64,000 bases of DNA from an uncultured Cellulophaga sp. (GTDB lineage: Bacteria; Bacteroidota; Bacteroidia; Flavobacteriales; Flavobacteriaceae): assembly GCA_947496695.1 (NCBI GenBank), contig CANMEI010000003.1:220109-284108 (forward strand), written 5' to 3'. The position numbers were made by a program, and so were the translations under genes. Below the pieces are notes generated by a model. The model worked only from the letters and a program-made list of their open reading frames with translations. It did not search any database and was not told where the DNA came from. Below are positions 20,688 to 30,294 of the stretch, piece by piece. Numbering within the stretch: the stretch's first letter is position 1; each line of letters starts with the position of its first letter.

Positions 20688-20721
20688 TGAATATTAATTT
20701 ATATTCAGAATTTATAATTCT
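20688..20721. promoter_or_regulatory. Overlapping AT-rich palindromes upstream of carA (possible operator)
   Basis: tgaatATTAATTTATattca (20688-20707) overlaps agaatTTATAattct (20707-21). The TGAAT/ATTCA half-sites resemble ARG-box half-sites. Located 62-95 nt upstream of the carA ATG. Confidence 0.25.
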
Positions 20722-20762
20722 AACATTTTAATACAACCTAGTAATTAATATTAAATATTTTT

Positions 20763-20807
20763 AAAAAAAATAAAAAAAAAGGGACAAGCTTTTCAACTTA
20801 TCCCTTT
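20763..20807 (-). terminator. Intrinsic terminator ending the ribosomal-protein/rpoA transcription unit (after rplQ)
   Basis: The minus RNA folds GGGAUAAG-UUGAAAAG-CUUGUCCC (one G-U wobble, a mismatch on the plus strand). It is followed by UUUUUUUUUAUUUUUUUU. Confidence 0.85.
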
Positions 20808-20838
20808 TTAATAATATTACAAAAATAAAATTCATTTT

Positions 20839-21345
20839 TTATTCTTCTGAACTTTCTTCTGTTTTAGTTTCTGCTTGTGCTTCTGCAACAGGTGCATCTT
20901 CAGTCTTTTTAGCTCTACTTCTTCTAGTAGTCTTTTTAGCTGGAGTTTTTGATGCGTTGTAAAGTTCATTGAAATCTACTAACTCAATCATTGCCATATC
21001 AGCGTTATCACCCAAACGAGTACCTAACTTGATAATTCTAGTGTAACCACCTGGACGATCAGCAATTTTTTCTGATACTTGACCAAATAATTCTGTTACA
21101 GCATATTTATCTCTAAGGTTTTTAAAAACAATACGTCTATTGTGAGTACCTTTTTCAACTGTTTGATTGTTTTCAATCTTAGCTTTAGTAATCAATGGTT
21201 CTACAAACTGTTTTAAAGCTTTAGCTTTAGCCACAGTGGTATTGATTCTTTTATGCTCAATTAGGGAACAAGCCATATTTGCAAGCATTGCAACTCTATG
21301 TGCTTTTTTTCTACCTAAATGATTAACTTTTTTACCGTGTCTCAT
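20839..21345 (-). CDS. rplQ: 50S ribosomal protein L17 (bL17)
   Basis: [21 protein letters not shown]... It follows rpoA and has an acidic/Lys-rich C-terminal tail. Confidence 0.97.
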   Translation of the reverse strand: MRHGKKVNHLGRKKAHRVAMLANMACSLIEHKRINTTVAKAKALKQFVEPLITKAKIENNQTVEKGTHNRRIVFKNLRDKYAVTELFGQVSEKIADRPGGYTRIIKLGTRLGDNADMAMIELVDFNELYNASKTPAKKTTRRSRAKKTEDAPVAEAQAETKTEESSEE

Positions 21346-21399
21346 TATTTTATTCTTTTTCTTCCTTATCTGAGTTTATCTCTTCTAATAGAAGTAAAA

Positions 21400-22392
21400 T
21401 TAATCTTTATCTAATTTATATTTTGACAAATCCATTCCGAAACTTAAACCTTTATTGATTACAAGCTCTTCAAGCTCTGTCAATGATTTTTTACCGAAGT
21501 TTCTAAACTTCATTAAATCATTTTTATTAAAAGAAACTAAATCTCCTAGAGTATCTACTTCCGCAGCTTTTAAACAATTAAGTGCACGAACAGAAAGGTC
21601 CATATCAACTAATTTTGTTTTTAACAACTGACGCATATGTAAAGACTCTTCGTCATAAGTTTCAGTTTGAGCAATTTCATCTGCTTCTAAAGTAATACGC
21701 TCATCAGAGAATAACATAAAGTGATGTATAAGTACTTTAGCTCCTTCTGTTAAAGCATCTTTTGGAGTAATAGAACCATCAGATTCAATTTCGAAAACTA
21801 ATTTTTCGTAATCTGTTTTTTGTTCTACACGAAAGTTCTCAATACTATACTTTACATTTTTAATAGGTGTAAAGATAGAATCAATCGCAATAGTTCCTAT
21901 TGGTGCTCCAGATTTTTTATTTTCATCAGCAGGCACATAACCTCTACCCTTTTCAATAACTAACTCCATATTGAAGTTAACTTTAGCATCCATATTACAG
22001 ATTACTAAATCAGGGTTTAAAACTTGAAAACCAGAGATAAATTTTTGAAAATCTCCAGCAGTAAGTTGATTTTTACCACTAACAGAAATAGAAACCGTTT
22101 CAGAATCTACATCTTCTATTTGTCTTTTAAAACGAACTTGTTTTAAATTCAAAATAATTTCAGTTACATCTTCAACGATACCAGATACAACAGAAAATTC
22201 ATGCTCAACTTTATCTATTCTAATAGATGTAATAGCAAAACCTTCTAATGACGAAAGTAATACTCTTCTTAATGCGTTACCAACAGTCAATCCATAACCA
22301 GGTTCTAAAGGGCGGAATTCAAATTTCCCTTCGAAATCTGTAGAATCGATCATTATTACTTTATCGGGTTTCTGAAAATTAAATAATGCCAT
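21400..22392 (-). CDS. rpoA: DNA-directed RNA polymerase subunit alpha
   Basis: 330 aa. NTD ([12 protein letters not shown]) plus CTD ([11 protein letters not shown]...LGDLV), in the canonical position after rpsD. Confidence 0.98.
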   Translation of the reverse strand: MALFNFQKPDKVIMIDSTDFEGKFEFRPLEPGYGLTVGNALRRVLLSSLEGFAITSIRIDKVEHEFSVVSGIVEDVTEIILNLKQVRFKRQIEDVDSETVSISVSGKNQLTAGDFQKFISGFQVLNPDLVICNMDAKVNFNMELVIEKGRGYVPADENKKSGAPIGTIAIDSIFTPIKNVKYSIENFRVEQKTDYEKLVFEIESDGSITPKDALTEGAKVLIHHFMLFSDERITLEADEIAQTETYDEESLHMRQLLKTKLVDMDLSVRALNCLKAAEVDTLGDLVSFNKNDLMKFRNFGKKSLTELEELVINKGLSFGMDLSKYKLDKD

Positions 22393-22412
22393 AATTGGAT
22401 TAGTGTTGTTTA

Positions 22413-23018
22413 TTATTTAGAGTATAACTCGACGATTAATTGTTCTTTGATGTTCTCTGGAATTTGAAGTCTTTCTGGAACAGTAACAAAAGTACCTTCC
22501 ATTTTTTCAGTGTTCCAAGTAATCCACTCATAAACATTACTGCTTGCAGCTAATGAATTTTGAATTGTAGAAATAGATTTAGATTTTTCTCTAACACCAA
22601 TTACATCTCCCGCTTTAAGTGAATAAGATGGTATATTTACTAACTCTCCATTAACTGTAATGTGTCTGTGAGATACTAATTGTCTAGCTCCACTTCTTGA
22701 GTTAGAGATACCCATTCTGTAAACTACGTTATCTAAACGACATTCACATAATTGAAGTAAAATTTCACCAGTAACACCATCTTTTCTTTTTGCATTTGCA
22801 AAAATATTACGGAATTGCTTTTCTAAAATACCATAAGTATATTTAGCTTTTTGCTTTTCCATTAATTGAACAGCATACTCTGATTTTTTCCCACGACGTC
22901 TAGCGTTTCCATGTTGTCCTGGAGGGAAATTTCTTTTTTCGAAAGATTTATCATCTCCGAAGATTGCTTCGCCAAATTTACGAGCAATTTTAGTTTTAGG
23001 TCCTGTATATCTTGCCAT
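22413..23018 (-). CDS. rpsD: 30S ribosomal protein S4 (uS4)
   Basis: [21 protein letters not shown]... with an S4 RNA-binding domain (RLDNVVYR.G...R..ARQLV.H). Confidence 0.98.
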   Translation of the reverse strand: MARYTGPKTKIARKFGEAIFGDDKSFEKRNFPPGQHGNARRRGKKSEYAVQLMEKQKAKYTYGILEKQFRNIFANAKRKDGVTGEILLQLCECRLDNVVYRMGISNSRSGARQLVSHRHITVNGELVNIPSYSLKAGDVIGVREKSKSISTIQNSLAASSNVYEWITWNTEKMEGTFVTVPERLQIPENIKEQLIVELYSK

Positions 23019-23124
23019 TTTCTAATAATTTGAAAGTATGATTATGAATTAAGGCTTATCCTTCGATAATCGTAACAATACTTTCTGTGAAATATAATTT
23101 CCGGTTATCCGGAAAAATTAAAAT
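23019..23124 (-). promoter_or_regulatory. Structured rpsK-rpsD intergenic RNA; candidate S4 autoregulatory leader
   Basis: 106-nt gap. Hairpin 23098-23115 is UUUCCGG-AUAA-CCGGAAA. A nested three-helix stem-loop spans 23032-23085: GAAAGUAU/AUACUUUC, GAUUAU/AUAAUC, AAGG/CCUU. It ends 13 nt before the rpsD AUG. Confidence 0.45.
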
Positions 23125-23517
23125 TTAAACTCTTCTTCTTTTCGGTGGTCTACATCCATTATGAGGCATAGGAGTAACATCAATAATTTCAGTAACTTCA
23201 ATACCTGCATTATGTAAAGATCTAATAGCAGATTCTCTACCATTACCAGGGCCTTTTACATAAACTTTTACTTTTCTTAATCCAGCTTCATGTGCAACTT
23301 TAGCACAATCTTCTGAAGCTACTTGAGCAGCGTAAGGAGTGTTCTTTTTAGAACCTCTAAAACCCATTTTCCCTGCTGAAGACCAAGAAATAACATCACC
23401 TTTTTTGTTTGTCAAAGAAATGATAATATTATTAAAAGATGCTGTAACATGAGCTTCACCTACAGACTCTACAATAACCTTACGTTTCTTTGTTACTTTT
23501 GTATTTGACTTTGCCAT
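23125..23517 (-). CDS. rpsK: 30S ribosomal protein S11 (uS11)
   Basis: 130 aa with ...[40 protein letters not shown]. Confidence 0.98.
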   Translation of the reverse strand: MAKSNTKVTKKRKVIVESVGEAHVTASFNNIIISLTNKKGDVISWSSAGKMGFRGSKKNTPYAAQVASEDCAKVAHEAGLRKVKVYVKGPGNGRESAIRSLHNAGIEVTEIIDVTPMPHNGCRPPKRRRV

Positions 23518-23524
23518 AATTTTT

Positions 23525-23552
23525 TAGTTTCTAGTTGTTAGTTCTTAGTTAT
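23525..23552 (-). repeat. Four tandem heptamers (AACUAnn on the mRNA strand) immediately upstream of the rpsK start codon
   Basis: TAGTT recurs at 23525, 23532, 23539 and 23546 on the + strand (period 7). The minus strand reads AACTAAG AACTAAC AACTAGA AACTAAA AAATT ATG. Confidence 0.6.
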
Positions 23553-23624
23553 TGGAATCCTAAACTTTTAAATTTCAAACAGATTCTTCTAACGTCCAAA
23601 TACTAATTGACTAATGTCTAGTTT

Positions 23625-23999
23625 TTATTTAGTTGCTTTTTTCTTGTTAGCAACAGTTTTTCTCTTACCTTTTCTAGTTCTAGAGTTATTCTTAGTTCTT
23701 TGCCCTCTTAAAGGAAGACCTGATCTATGACGAATACCTCTATAACATCCGATATCCATTAAACGTTTAATGCTTAACTGAGTTTCAGAACGTAATTCTC
23801 CTTCAATTGTAAAAGCTGAAACAGCTTCACGAATACGAGAAATCTCATCATCGTTCCAATCAGAAACCTTAGTATCTTCACTAACTTGGGCTTTGGCTAA
23901 TATTTCTTTAGCTCTACTATTACCTACACCGAAAATGTAAGTAAGTGCTATAACCCCTCTTTTTTGTTTTGGTATATCTACACCTGCAATTCTTGCCAT
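23625..23999 (-). CDS. rpsM: 30S ribosomal protein S13 (uS13)
   Basis: [25 protein letters not shown]...A. Confidence 0.98.
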   Translation of the reverse strand: MARIAGVDIPKQKRGVIALTYIFGVGNSRAKEILAKAQVSEDTKVSDWNDDEISRIREAVSAFTIEGELRSETQLSIKRLMDIGCYRGIRHRSGLPLRGQRTKNNSRTRKGKRKTVANKKKATK

Positions 24000-24001
24000 A
24001 A

Positions 24002-24118
24002 CTACCCTTGTCTTTGTTTAAATCTAGGATTCTTTTTGTTTATTACGTACAATCTACCTTTTCTGCGAACAATTTTGCAGTCGGCACTTCTTTTCTTTAA
24101 TGATGCTCTTACTTTCAT
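24002..24118 (-). CDS. rpmJ: 50S ribosomal protein L36 (bL36)
   Basis: Not in the ORF track (38 aa). My reverse-strand translation is [38 protein letters not shown], between infA and rpsM as expected. Confidence 0.93.
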   Translation of the reverse strand: MKVRASLKKRSADCKIVRRKGRLYVINKKNPRFKQRQG

Positions 24119-24131
24119 CGTCTTATCTTAC

Positions 24132-24347
24132 TTAATATCTATATGTAATTCTTGCTTTACTTAAATCATAAGGGCTCATTTCTAATTTCACCTTATCACC
24201 TGGAAGTAATTTTATATAATGCATACGCATTTTACCAGAAATATGAGCAGTAACTACATGCCCATTTTCTAATTCTACACGAAACATTGCGTTTGACAAT
24301 GCTTCAATTATGCTACCATCTTGCTCAATTGCTGCCTGTTTAGCCAT
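24132..24347 (-). CDS. infA: Translation initiation factor IF-1
   Basis: 71 aa with an S1-like fold: ...[28 protein letters not shown]...I...PGDKV..E.SPYDL...RI.YR. Confidence 0.97.
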   Translation of the reverse strand: MAKQAAIEQDGSIIEALSNAMFRVELENGHVVTAHISGKMRMHYIKLLPGDKVKLEMSPYDLSKARITYRY

Positions 24348-24350
24348 AAC

Positions 24351-25691
24351 TTATGCTACTTTTCTATTTTTACCTGTTTTCATTAAACCATCATAATGAC
24401 GATTTAACAGATATGAATTAACTTGTTGTACTGTATCTATTGCCACACCAACCATAATCAAAAGTGATGTGCCACCATAAAACATAGCCCATCCCGCTTG
24501 CACTTCTAACAAACTAACTATGATTGCTGGCAAAATAGCGAGCAAAGCTAAGAAAATAGAACCAGGTAACGTAATTAAAGACATAATTTTATCTAAAAAA
24601 TCTCCAGTTTCTACTCCTGGCCTAACACCTGGAATAAATCCACCACTACGTTTTAAGTCATCAGCCATCTTATTTGTTGGCACAGTAATAGCCGTATAGA
24701 AATAAGTGAAAACAATAATTAAGAAAGCAAATAATAAATTATAAGCTAATCCAAAAATATTTTGAAATTGAACTTCTAACCATTGCCCCCATGCAGTATC
24801 ATTAAAAGTTTGACCAATTAAACCAGGAGCAAACATAATAGCCTGAGCAAAAATTATTGGCATAACACCAGAAGCGTTCAACTTCAAAGGTATATACTGT
24901 CTAGTGCCCATAGCATCTTTCTCATAACCACCAGAAGCAGATCTTCTTGCATATTGCACTGGTATTTGACGTGTAGCCATTACTAATAAAACACATAGTA
25001 ATATAACAACAAACCATATTATAATTTCAACTAAAACTAACATTGGTCCACCAGTACCATCCCATCTAGAAATAGCTTCTTGAGCAAATGATTTTGGTAA
25101 ATTAGCAATAATACCAACCATAATAAGCAATGAAATACCATTGCCAATTCCTTTATCAGTAATTTTTTCACCTAACCACATTGCAAAAACAGTACCTGTA
25201 ACTAAAATAATTACAGAAGGAATCATAAAATCTAAGCCTTTACCTAATACAAATGCACTATCCGGAACACCAAACTGACCTAAACCTAATAAATAAGTTG
25301 GTGCCTGCAATATACAGATACCAATAGTAAGCCATCTTGTAATTTGATTAATAGTTTTTCTACCGCTCTCTCCTTCTTTTTGAAGTTTCTGTAAATAAGG
25401 GATAGCAATACCCATCAATTGAACAACAATAGATGCTGAAATATATGGCATAATACCTAATGCAAAAACAGAAGCCTTCGCAAAGGCTCCTCCCGTAAAT
25501 GCATTTAAGATTCCAAAGATTCCATTTTCCGTTCCTGAAGATAAAGCTCCTAATTGTTCTGTATCAATACCAGGCAGAGCAATTTGTGCGCCAAACCTAT
25601 AAACTAATAACAAACTAAGAGTAACAAGGATTCTTCCTTTTAACTCCTCTATCTTCCAAATATTAGATAATGTCTCGAAAAATTTCTTCAT
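24351..25691 (-). CDS. secY: Preprotein translocase subunit SecY
   Basis: 446 aa, 10-TM profile, with conserved GIMPYISASI and GGFIPG.RPG blocks. Confidence 0.98.
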   Translation of the reverse strand: MKKFFETLSNIWKIEELKGRILVTLSLLLVYRFGAQIALPGIDTEQLGALSSGTENGIFGILNAFTGGAFAKASVFALGIMPYISASIVVQLMGIAIPYLQKLQKEGESGRKTINQITRWLTIGICILQAPTYLLGLGQFGVPDSAFVLGKGLDFMIPSVIILVTGTVFAMWLGEKITDKGIGNGISLLIMVGIIANLPKSFAQEAISRWDGTGGPMLVLVEIIIWFVVILLCVLLVMATRQIPVQYARRSASGGYEKDAMGTRQYIPLKLNASGVMPIIFAQAIMFAPGLIGQTFNDTAWGQWLEVQFQNIFGLAYNLLFAFLIIVFTYFYTAITVPTNKMADDLKRSGGFIPGVRPGVETGDFLDKIMSLITLPGSIFLALLAILPAIIVSLLEVQAGWAMFYGGTSLLIMVGVAIDTVQQVNSYLLNRHYDGLMKTGKNRKVA

Positions 25692-25701
25692 AGTATATTT
25701 C

Positions 25702-26154
25702 TTATAAACTTATTGCTTCACCACCTGCAGCCTCAATAGCAGCTTTTGCAGTAGCAGTAAATTTATGTGCTGTAACTTTTAAAGAAGCTTTTAATTCACC
25801 TCCACCTAATATTTTTACTAAATCAGATTTTCCAGTTAACCTATTCTCAATTAATACATCTAAGTTAATAGCATCTTTAACAATACCATTATCTACTAAT
25901 AATTGTAATTTATCAAGATTAATACCTGCGTATTCTTTTCTATTAATGTTTGTAAAACCAAACTTAGGAACACGTCTTTGTAAAGGCATTTGACCACCTT
26001 CAAAACCAATCTTTTTAGAATAACCAGATCTAGATTTAGCACCTTTATGACCTCTAGTAGCTGTACCACCTTTTCCTGTACCCTGACCACGACCTACAAT
26101 TTTACCTGCACGTTGAGTAGATCCTTCAGCTGGTTTTAAACTATTTAAATTCAT
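25702..26154 (-). CDS. rplO: 50S ribosomal protein L15 (uL15)
   Basis: MNLNSLKPAEGS....K.VGRG.G.G.GGTATRGHKG...RSG. Confidence 0.97.
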   Translation of the reverse strand: MNLNSLKPAEGSTQRAGKIVGRGQGTGKGGTATRGHKGAKSRSGYSKKIGFEGGQMPLQRRVPKFGFTNINRKEYAGINLDKLQLLVDNGIVKDAINLDVLIENRLTGKSDLVKILGGGELKASLKVTAHKFTATAKAAIEAAGGEAISL

Positions 26155-26168
26155 CTTTATATAATTTT

Positions 26169-26348
26169 TTAAGCTTCCTCAGTTGAAACTAAGTGATTAA
26201 CTTTAGCAATCATACCCATAACACTTGGTGTATTTTCATGCTCTACAACTTGTCCTATTTTTTTTAATCCAAGTGCCTCAAGAGTTCTCTTTTGGTTTTG
26301 CGGCTTTTTAATACCACTTTTCACTTGTTTAACTTTAACTTTCGCCAT
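26169..26348 (-). CDS. rpmD: 50S ribosomal protein L30 (uL30)
   Basis: Not in the ORF track (59 aa). My reverse-strand translation is MAKVKVKQVKSGIKKPQNQKRTLEALGLKKIGQVVEHENTPSVMGMIAKVNHLVSTEEA*, between rpsE and rplO. Confidence 0.93.
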   Translation of the reverse strand: MAKVKVKQVKSGIKKPQNQKRTLEALGLKKIGQVVEHENTPSVMGMIAKVNHLVSTEEA

Positions 26349-26359
26349 AATAACTTAAT

Positions 26360-26884
26360 TTATCCCTTAAAAACTTTTTCAAGAGAGATTCCTCTTTGAG
26401 TTGCAACTGTTTTAGCATCTCTTATTTGCAATAAAGCATCAAAAGTTGCCTTAACAACATTATGTGGATTTGAAGACCCTTGAGATTTAGAAAGTACATC
26501 ATGTACACCTACCGCCTCAAGCACAGACCTAACAGCACCACCAGCAATAACACCAGTACCATGTGAAGCAGGCTGAATATAAACTCTAGCTCCTCCAAAT
26601 TTACCTTTTTGCTCATGAGGAATAGTACCTTTATTTAAAGGTATTCTAATCAAATTTTTCTTAGCATCTTCTATCGCTTTAGCAATAGCTGTAGCAACCT
26701 CTTTAGACTTACCTAAACCTTGTCCAACTACACCATTTTCATCACCAACAACAACAATAGCAGAAAACCCGAAAGCTCTACCACCTTTTGTTACTTTAGT
26801 TACTCTTTGTACACCTACCAAACGATCTTTTAAATCAAGACCTCCTGGTTTTACAAGTTCTACGTTTCTGTATTTCTGGTACAT
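26360..26884 (-). CDS. rpsE: 30S ribosomal protein S5 (uS5)
   Basis: 174 aa with ...RV.KV.KGGR.F.F.A.VVVGD..G.VG.G.GK..EV..AI. Confidence 0.98.
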   Translation of the reverse strand: MYQKYRNVELVKPGGLDLKDRLVGVQRVTKVTKGGRAFGFSAIVVVGDENGVVGQGLGKSKEVATAIAKAIEDAKKNLIRIPLNKGTIPHEQKGKFGGARVYIQPASHGTGVIAGGAVRSVLEAVGVHDVLSKSQGSSNPHNVVKATFDALLQIRDAKTVATQRGISLEKVFKG

Positions 26885-26890
26885 ATATAT

Positions 26891-27247
26891 TTAGAATTTA
26901 AGTCCTGCTTCTCTAGCTCCTTCAGCTAATGATTTTACTCTACCGTGATATAAACAACCACCTCTATCAAACGCAACAGCCTCAACTCCTGCTTTTTGTG
27001 CTTTTTCAGCGATAGTTTTACCTACTAAAGTTGCTATTTCTGACTTAGTTCCTTTAGTTGCTGCTATATCTTTATCTCTCGAAGATGCCGCTACTAACGT
27101 TACACCCTTATTATCATCTATTACTTGTACATAAATTTCTTTATTACTTCTAAAAACCGCTAATCTCGGTCTTTCAGCAGTACCAAAAGAAACTTTACGT
27201 ATTCTTCTTTTAATTCGAAGTCTTCTATCTGTTTTTGATAATCCCAT
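26891..27247 (-). CDS. rplR: 50S ribosomal protein L18 (uL18)
   Basis: 118 aa with R.RIK.RIR......RPRL.VFRSN..IY.Q.IDD and a C-terminal FDRGG..YHGR. Confidence 0.97.
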   Translation of the reverse strand: MGLSKTDRRLRIKRRIRKVSFGTAERPRLAVFRSNKEIYVQVIDDNKGVTLVAASSRDKDIAATKGTKSEIATLVGKTIAEKAQKAGVEAVAFDRGGCLYHGRVKSLAEGAREAGLKF

Positions 27248-27260
27248 AATCTCTTAATTA

Positions 27261-27803
27261 TTATGCTGATTTACCAGCTTTTCTTCTTAATTGTTCACCT
27301 ACAAATTTGATACCTTTTCCTTTGTAAGGTTCTGGCTTACGGAAAGATCTTATTTTAGCAGCTACTTGACCTACTAATTGTTTATCAAAAGATGTTAATT
27401 TTACGATTGGGTTTTTACCTTTTTCAGATATTGTTTCAATTTTAACTTCAGGAGCCAAATCGATAACTATATTATGTGAAAAACCTAATGCTAAATCTAG
27501 TTTTTGACCTTGATTACTTGCACGATAACCTACACCTACAAGCTCAAGCTCTTTAGTCCAACCCTTAGAAACACCATCAATCATATTATTAATAAGTGAT
27601 CTATATAAGCCATGTTTAGCTTTATGCTCTTTAGAATCAGATGGTCGTGTAACAAAAACTTGACCTTCTTCTACTTTTACTTCAACTGCAGAAAATTCTT
27701 GAGTTAACTCACCTAATTTTCCTTTTACAGTTAATACGTTTTCTTTTACCTCAACGGTTACCCCATCAGGGATCGCTACTGGATTATTACCTATTCTAGA
27801 CAT
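27261..27803 (-). CDS. rplF: 50S ribosomal protein L6 (uL6)
   Basis: MSRIGNNPV.IP.GV.V......V.VKG.LG... with a C-terminal EPYKGKGI. Confidence 0.98.
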   Translation of the reverse strand: MSRIGNNPVAIPDGVTVEVKENVLTVKGKLGELTQEFSAVEVKVEEGQVFVTRPSDSKEHKAKHGLYRSLINNMIDGVSKGWTKELELVGVGYRASNQGQKLDLALGFSHNIVIDLAPEVKIETISEKGKNPIVKLTSFDKQLVGQVAAKIRSFRKPEPYKGKGIKFVGEQLRRKAGKSA

Positions 27804-27822
27804 TTCTTAAATCTTTATAGTA

Positions 27823-28221
27823 TTAATAAACATAACATAATACTTCACCACCAACTTTTTCTAGCTTAGCTTGCTTACTTGTCATCACCCCATGAGAAGT
27901 AGAAACAATTGCAACACCCAGTCCGTTAAGTACTCTTGGTAAATCAGCAGAACCAGCATACTTACGTAGACCTGGCTTACTTATACGCATAATTTTTTTA
28001 ATAACGGGCTCTTTAGTTAGCTTATCATATTTCAAAGCTATTTTTACCGTTCCTTGAACTTTATTAGGTTCAAATTTATAACTTAAAATATATCCCTGTT
28101 CGAATAATATTTTAGTTATTTCTTTTTTCAAATTAGAAGCAGGAATCTCAACGACTCTATGACCAGCTCTACTGGCATTTCTAATTCGAGTTAAATAATC
28201 CGAAATTGGATCTGTTACCAT
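27823..28221 (-). CDS. rpsH: 30S ribosomal protein S8 (uS8)
   Basis: M.TDPI.D.LTRIRNA......V..P.S.....I...L...GYI and a C-terminal GGE.LCYV. Confidence 0.98.
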   Translation of the reverse strand: MVTDPISDYLTRIRNASRAGHRVVEIPASNLKKEITKILFEQGYILSYKFEPNKVQGTVKIALKYDKLTKEPVIKKIMRISKPGLRKYAGSADLPRVLNGLGVAIVSTSHGVMTSKQAKLEKVGGEVLCYVY

Positions 28222-28291
28222 ATTTATTTATTTGCAGTAACGGTTTTCAGCACAATTGCCAAACCTGAAACCAGTTTATACTCTTAATTGA

Positions 28292-28561
28292 CTACCAGCT
28301 AGCTTTTTTAACTCCTGGTATTAAACCTTCGTTAGCCATTTCTCTAAAAGTTACACGTGAGATACCAAAAGTTCTCATATAACCCCTAGGTCTTCCTGTT
28401 AACTTACATCTATTATGCAAACGAACTGGATTAGCATTTCTAGGTAATTTCTGTAACGCTTCATAATCTCCAGCTTCCTTCAAAGCTTTCCTTTTCTCAG
28501 CATATTTAGCTACAGTTTTTTCTCTTTTAACCTCACGGGCTTTCATTGATTCTTTAGCCAT
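28292..28561 (-). CDS. rpsN: 30S ribosomal protein S14 (uS14), long form
   Basis: 89 aa: [13 protein letters not shown]...RL.NRC..TGRPRGY.R.FG.SR..FRE.A..G.IPGV.KASW. Confidence 0.97.
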   Translation of the reverse strand: MAKESMKAREVKREKTVAKYAEKRKALKEAGDYEALQKLPRNANPVRLHNRCKLTGRPRGYMRTFGISRVTFREMANEGLIPGVKKASW

Positions 28562-28562
28562 A

Positions 28563-29114
28563 CTATTTCTTTTTAAAAGGTAACCCTAATTGAGTTAATA
28601 ATGATTTAGCCTCTTTATCTGTTTGAGCAGAAGTTACAAAGGTAATATCCATTCCATTAATTCTATTGATTTTATCAATATTTATCTCAGGAAAAATTAT
28701 TTGCTCTGTAACACCCAAGTTATAATTACCACGACCATCAAAACCAGTAGCTTTAATACCTTGAAAATCTCTAACTCTTGGAAGAGCACTAGTAACTAAA
28801 CGATCAAGAAATTCATACATTCTCTCTCCTCTTAAAGTAACTTTACAACCAATTGGCATTCCTTTTCTTAGTTTGAAAGAAGCAACATCTTTTTTAGACA
28901 TTGTAGCAATTGATTTTTGACCTGTTATAGTAGTAAGCTCCTCAACCGCATGGTCAATTAACTTTTTATCAGCTACAGCAGCACCAACACCTCTAGAAAC
29001 AACAATTTTTTCTAGTTTAGGAACTTGCATAATATTCTTATAACCAAACTCCTCTCTTAGAGCACCTATAACTCGCTCTTTATATTCTTTTTTTAACCTT
29101 GTAACGTAAGCCAT
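28563..29114 (-). CDS. rplE: 50S ribosomal protein L5 (uL5)
   Basis: 183 aa with ...N.MQVP.LEKIV...GVG.A and GMDI..VT.A.TD.EA..LL. Confidence 0.98.
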   Translation of the reverse strand: MAYVTRLKKEYKERVIGALREEFGYKNIMQVPKLEKIVVSRGVGAAVADKKLIDHAVEELTTITGQKSIATMSKKDVASFKLRKGMPIGCKVTLRGERMYEFLDRLVTSALPRVRDFQGIKATGFDGRGNYNLGVTEQIIFPEINIDKINRINGMDITFVTSAQTDKEAKSLLTQLGLPFKKK

Positions 29115-29116
29115 AA

Positions 29117-29428
29117 CTATATTACTTCATTAGATTTTTTAGAAAATCTTACCTTTTTTCCATCTCTTACTTCGTAACCAACTCTAGTAGTGGCACCTTT
29201 AGCATCTATCAAAGATAGATTAGAAATATGAATAAGAGCTTCTTTCTTTACGATACCACCTTGAGGGTTTTTTGCACTTGGCTTTTCATGTTTAGAAACC
29301 AAATTAGCTCCCTCTACAATTGCCTTGTTTTTATCAAAATCAACCTTCATAATCTTACCTTCAACACCTTTATGGTCTCCAGCTACGATTCTTACTGTAT
29401 CTCCTACTTTTATTTTTAGCTTTTTCAT
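29117..29428 (-). CDS. rplX: 50S ribosomal protein L24 (uL24)
   Basis: KIK.GD.V.I.AG..KG..GKI..V with a KOW motif, in the position between rplN and rplE. Confidence 0.97.
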   Translation of the reverse strand: MKKLKIKVGDTVRIVAGDHKGVEGKIMKVDFDKNKAIVEGANLVSKHEKPSAKNPQGGIVKKEALIHISNLSLIDAKGATTRVGYEVRDGKKVRFSKKSNEVI

Positions 29429-29442
29429 CTGTATTCTAAATG

Positions 29443-29811
29443 TTATAGCACCTCAGGAGCTAATGAAACAATCTTCATGAACTGCTTATCACGAAGTTCT
29501 CTAGCTACAGGACCAAATACACGAGTACCTCTCATCTCACCTGTAGGGTTCAATAATACACATGCATTATCATCAAAACGAATGTAAGAACCATCTTGTC
29601 TTCTCACTTCTTTTTTTGTTCTAACAACAACTGCAGTAGAAACAGCACCTTTTTTAATTGTACCATTTGGTGTAGACTCCTTAACAGAAACTACAATCTT
29701 ATCTCCTACAGAAGCGTATCTTCTTTTTGTACCACCTAATACTCTAATAGTCAAAACTTCTTTTGCCCCGGTATTATCAGCTACTTTTAATCTTGATTCT
29801 TGCTGTAACAT
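29443..29811 (-). CDS. rplN: 50S ribosomal protein L14 (uL14)
   Basis: M.QQESRL.VADN.GAKE...IRVLGG..RRYA.VGD.IV. Confidence 0.98.
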   Translation of the reverse strand: MLQQESRLKVADNTGAKEVLTIRVLGGTKRRYASVGDKIVVSVKESTPNGTIKKGAVSTAVVVRTKKEVRRQDGSYIRFDDNACVLLNPTGEMRGTRVFGPVARELRDKQFMKIVSLAPEVL

Positions 29812-29813
29812 AA

Positions 29814-30071
29814 TTATTTAGCTCTTTCAATGATTTCAACTAATCTCCAACATTTGGTTTTACTCAATGGACGAGTCTCCATTATTTTCACAGTATCACC
29901 AATATTGCAATCGTTTTTCTCATCGTGTGCAACATATTTTTTAGTTCTTAAAACGAACTTTCCGTACATAGGGTGTTTTACTCGCTTAACTTCTGAAATC
30001 ACAATAGATTTCTCCATTTTATTACTAGTAACAACTCCTACTCTCTCTTTTCTTAAGTTTCTTTTTTCCAT
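29814..30071 (-). CDS. rpsQ: 30S ribosomal protein S17 (uS17)
   Basis: 85 aa with G.V.S.KM.KSIV......V.HP.YGK......K...HDE.N....GD.V.I.E.RPLSK.K. Confidence 0.97.
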   Translation of the reverse strand: MEKRNLRKERVGVVTSNKMEKSIVISEVKRVKHPMYGKFVLRTKKYVAHDEKNDCNIGDTVKIMETRPLSKTKCWRLVEIIERAK

Positions 30072-30084
30072 AAAGCAGAACCAG

Positions 30085-30276
30085 TTATTGGTTATCCCTT
30101 TTAGTTAATTCTGTAGCTAATCTAGCAACAGTTCTTCTCACTTTTCTGATCTGTAGTGGATTCTCAAGCGGTGTAACGCTATGCGCTATTTTCAAATCTG
30201 AATGTTGCTTTTTGGCTTCTGCTAATTTAGCAGATAAATCCTCAACAGATAATTCTTTTACTTCTGATTGTTTCAT
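30085..30276 (-). CDS. rpmC: 50S ribosomal protein L29 (uL29)
   Basis: 63 aa between rplP and rpsQ, with the ...L..KL.E.K......K......LENP..IR.VRR.VAR motif. Confidence 0.95.
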   Translation of the reverse strand: MKQSEVKELSVEDLSAKLAEAKKQHSDLKIAHSVTPLENPLQIRKVRRTVARLATELTKRDNQ

Positions 30277-30294
30277 AATACCTTACAATTAAAA

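Noticed and set aside
25896-26090. Same-strand alternate-frame ORFs inside rplO (25896-26090) and fusA (35463-35681, 36846-37040)
   Set aside because: They are embedded in universally conserved genes whose annotated frame is unambiguous. The products are repetitive Leu/Val/Lys strings, and nothing such as a slippery site or conserved start supports overlapping coding.
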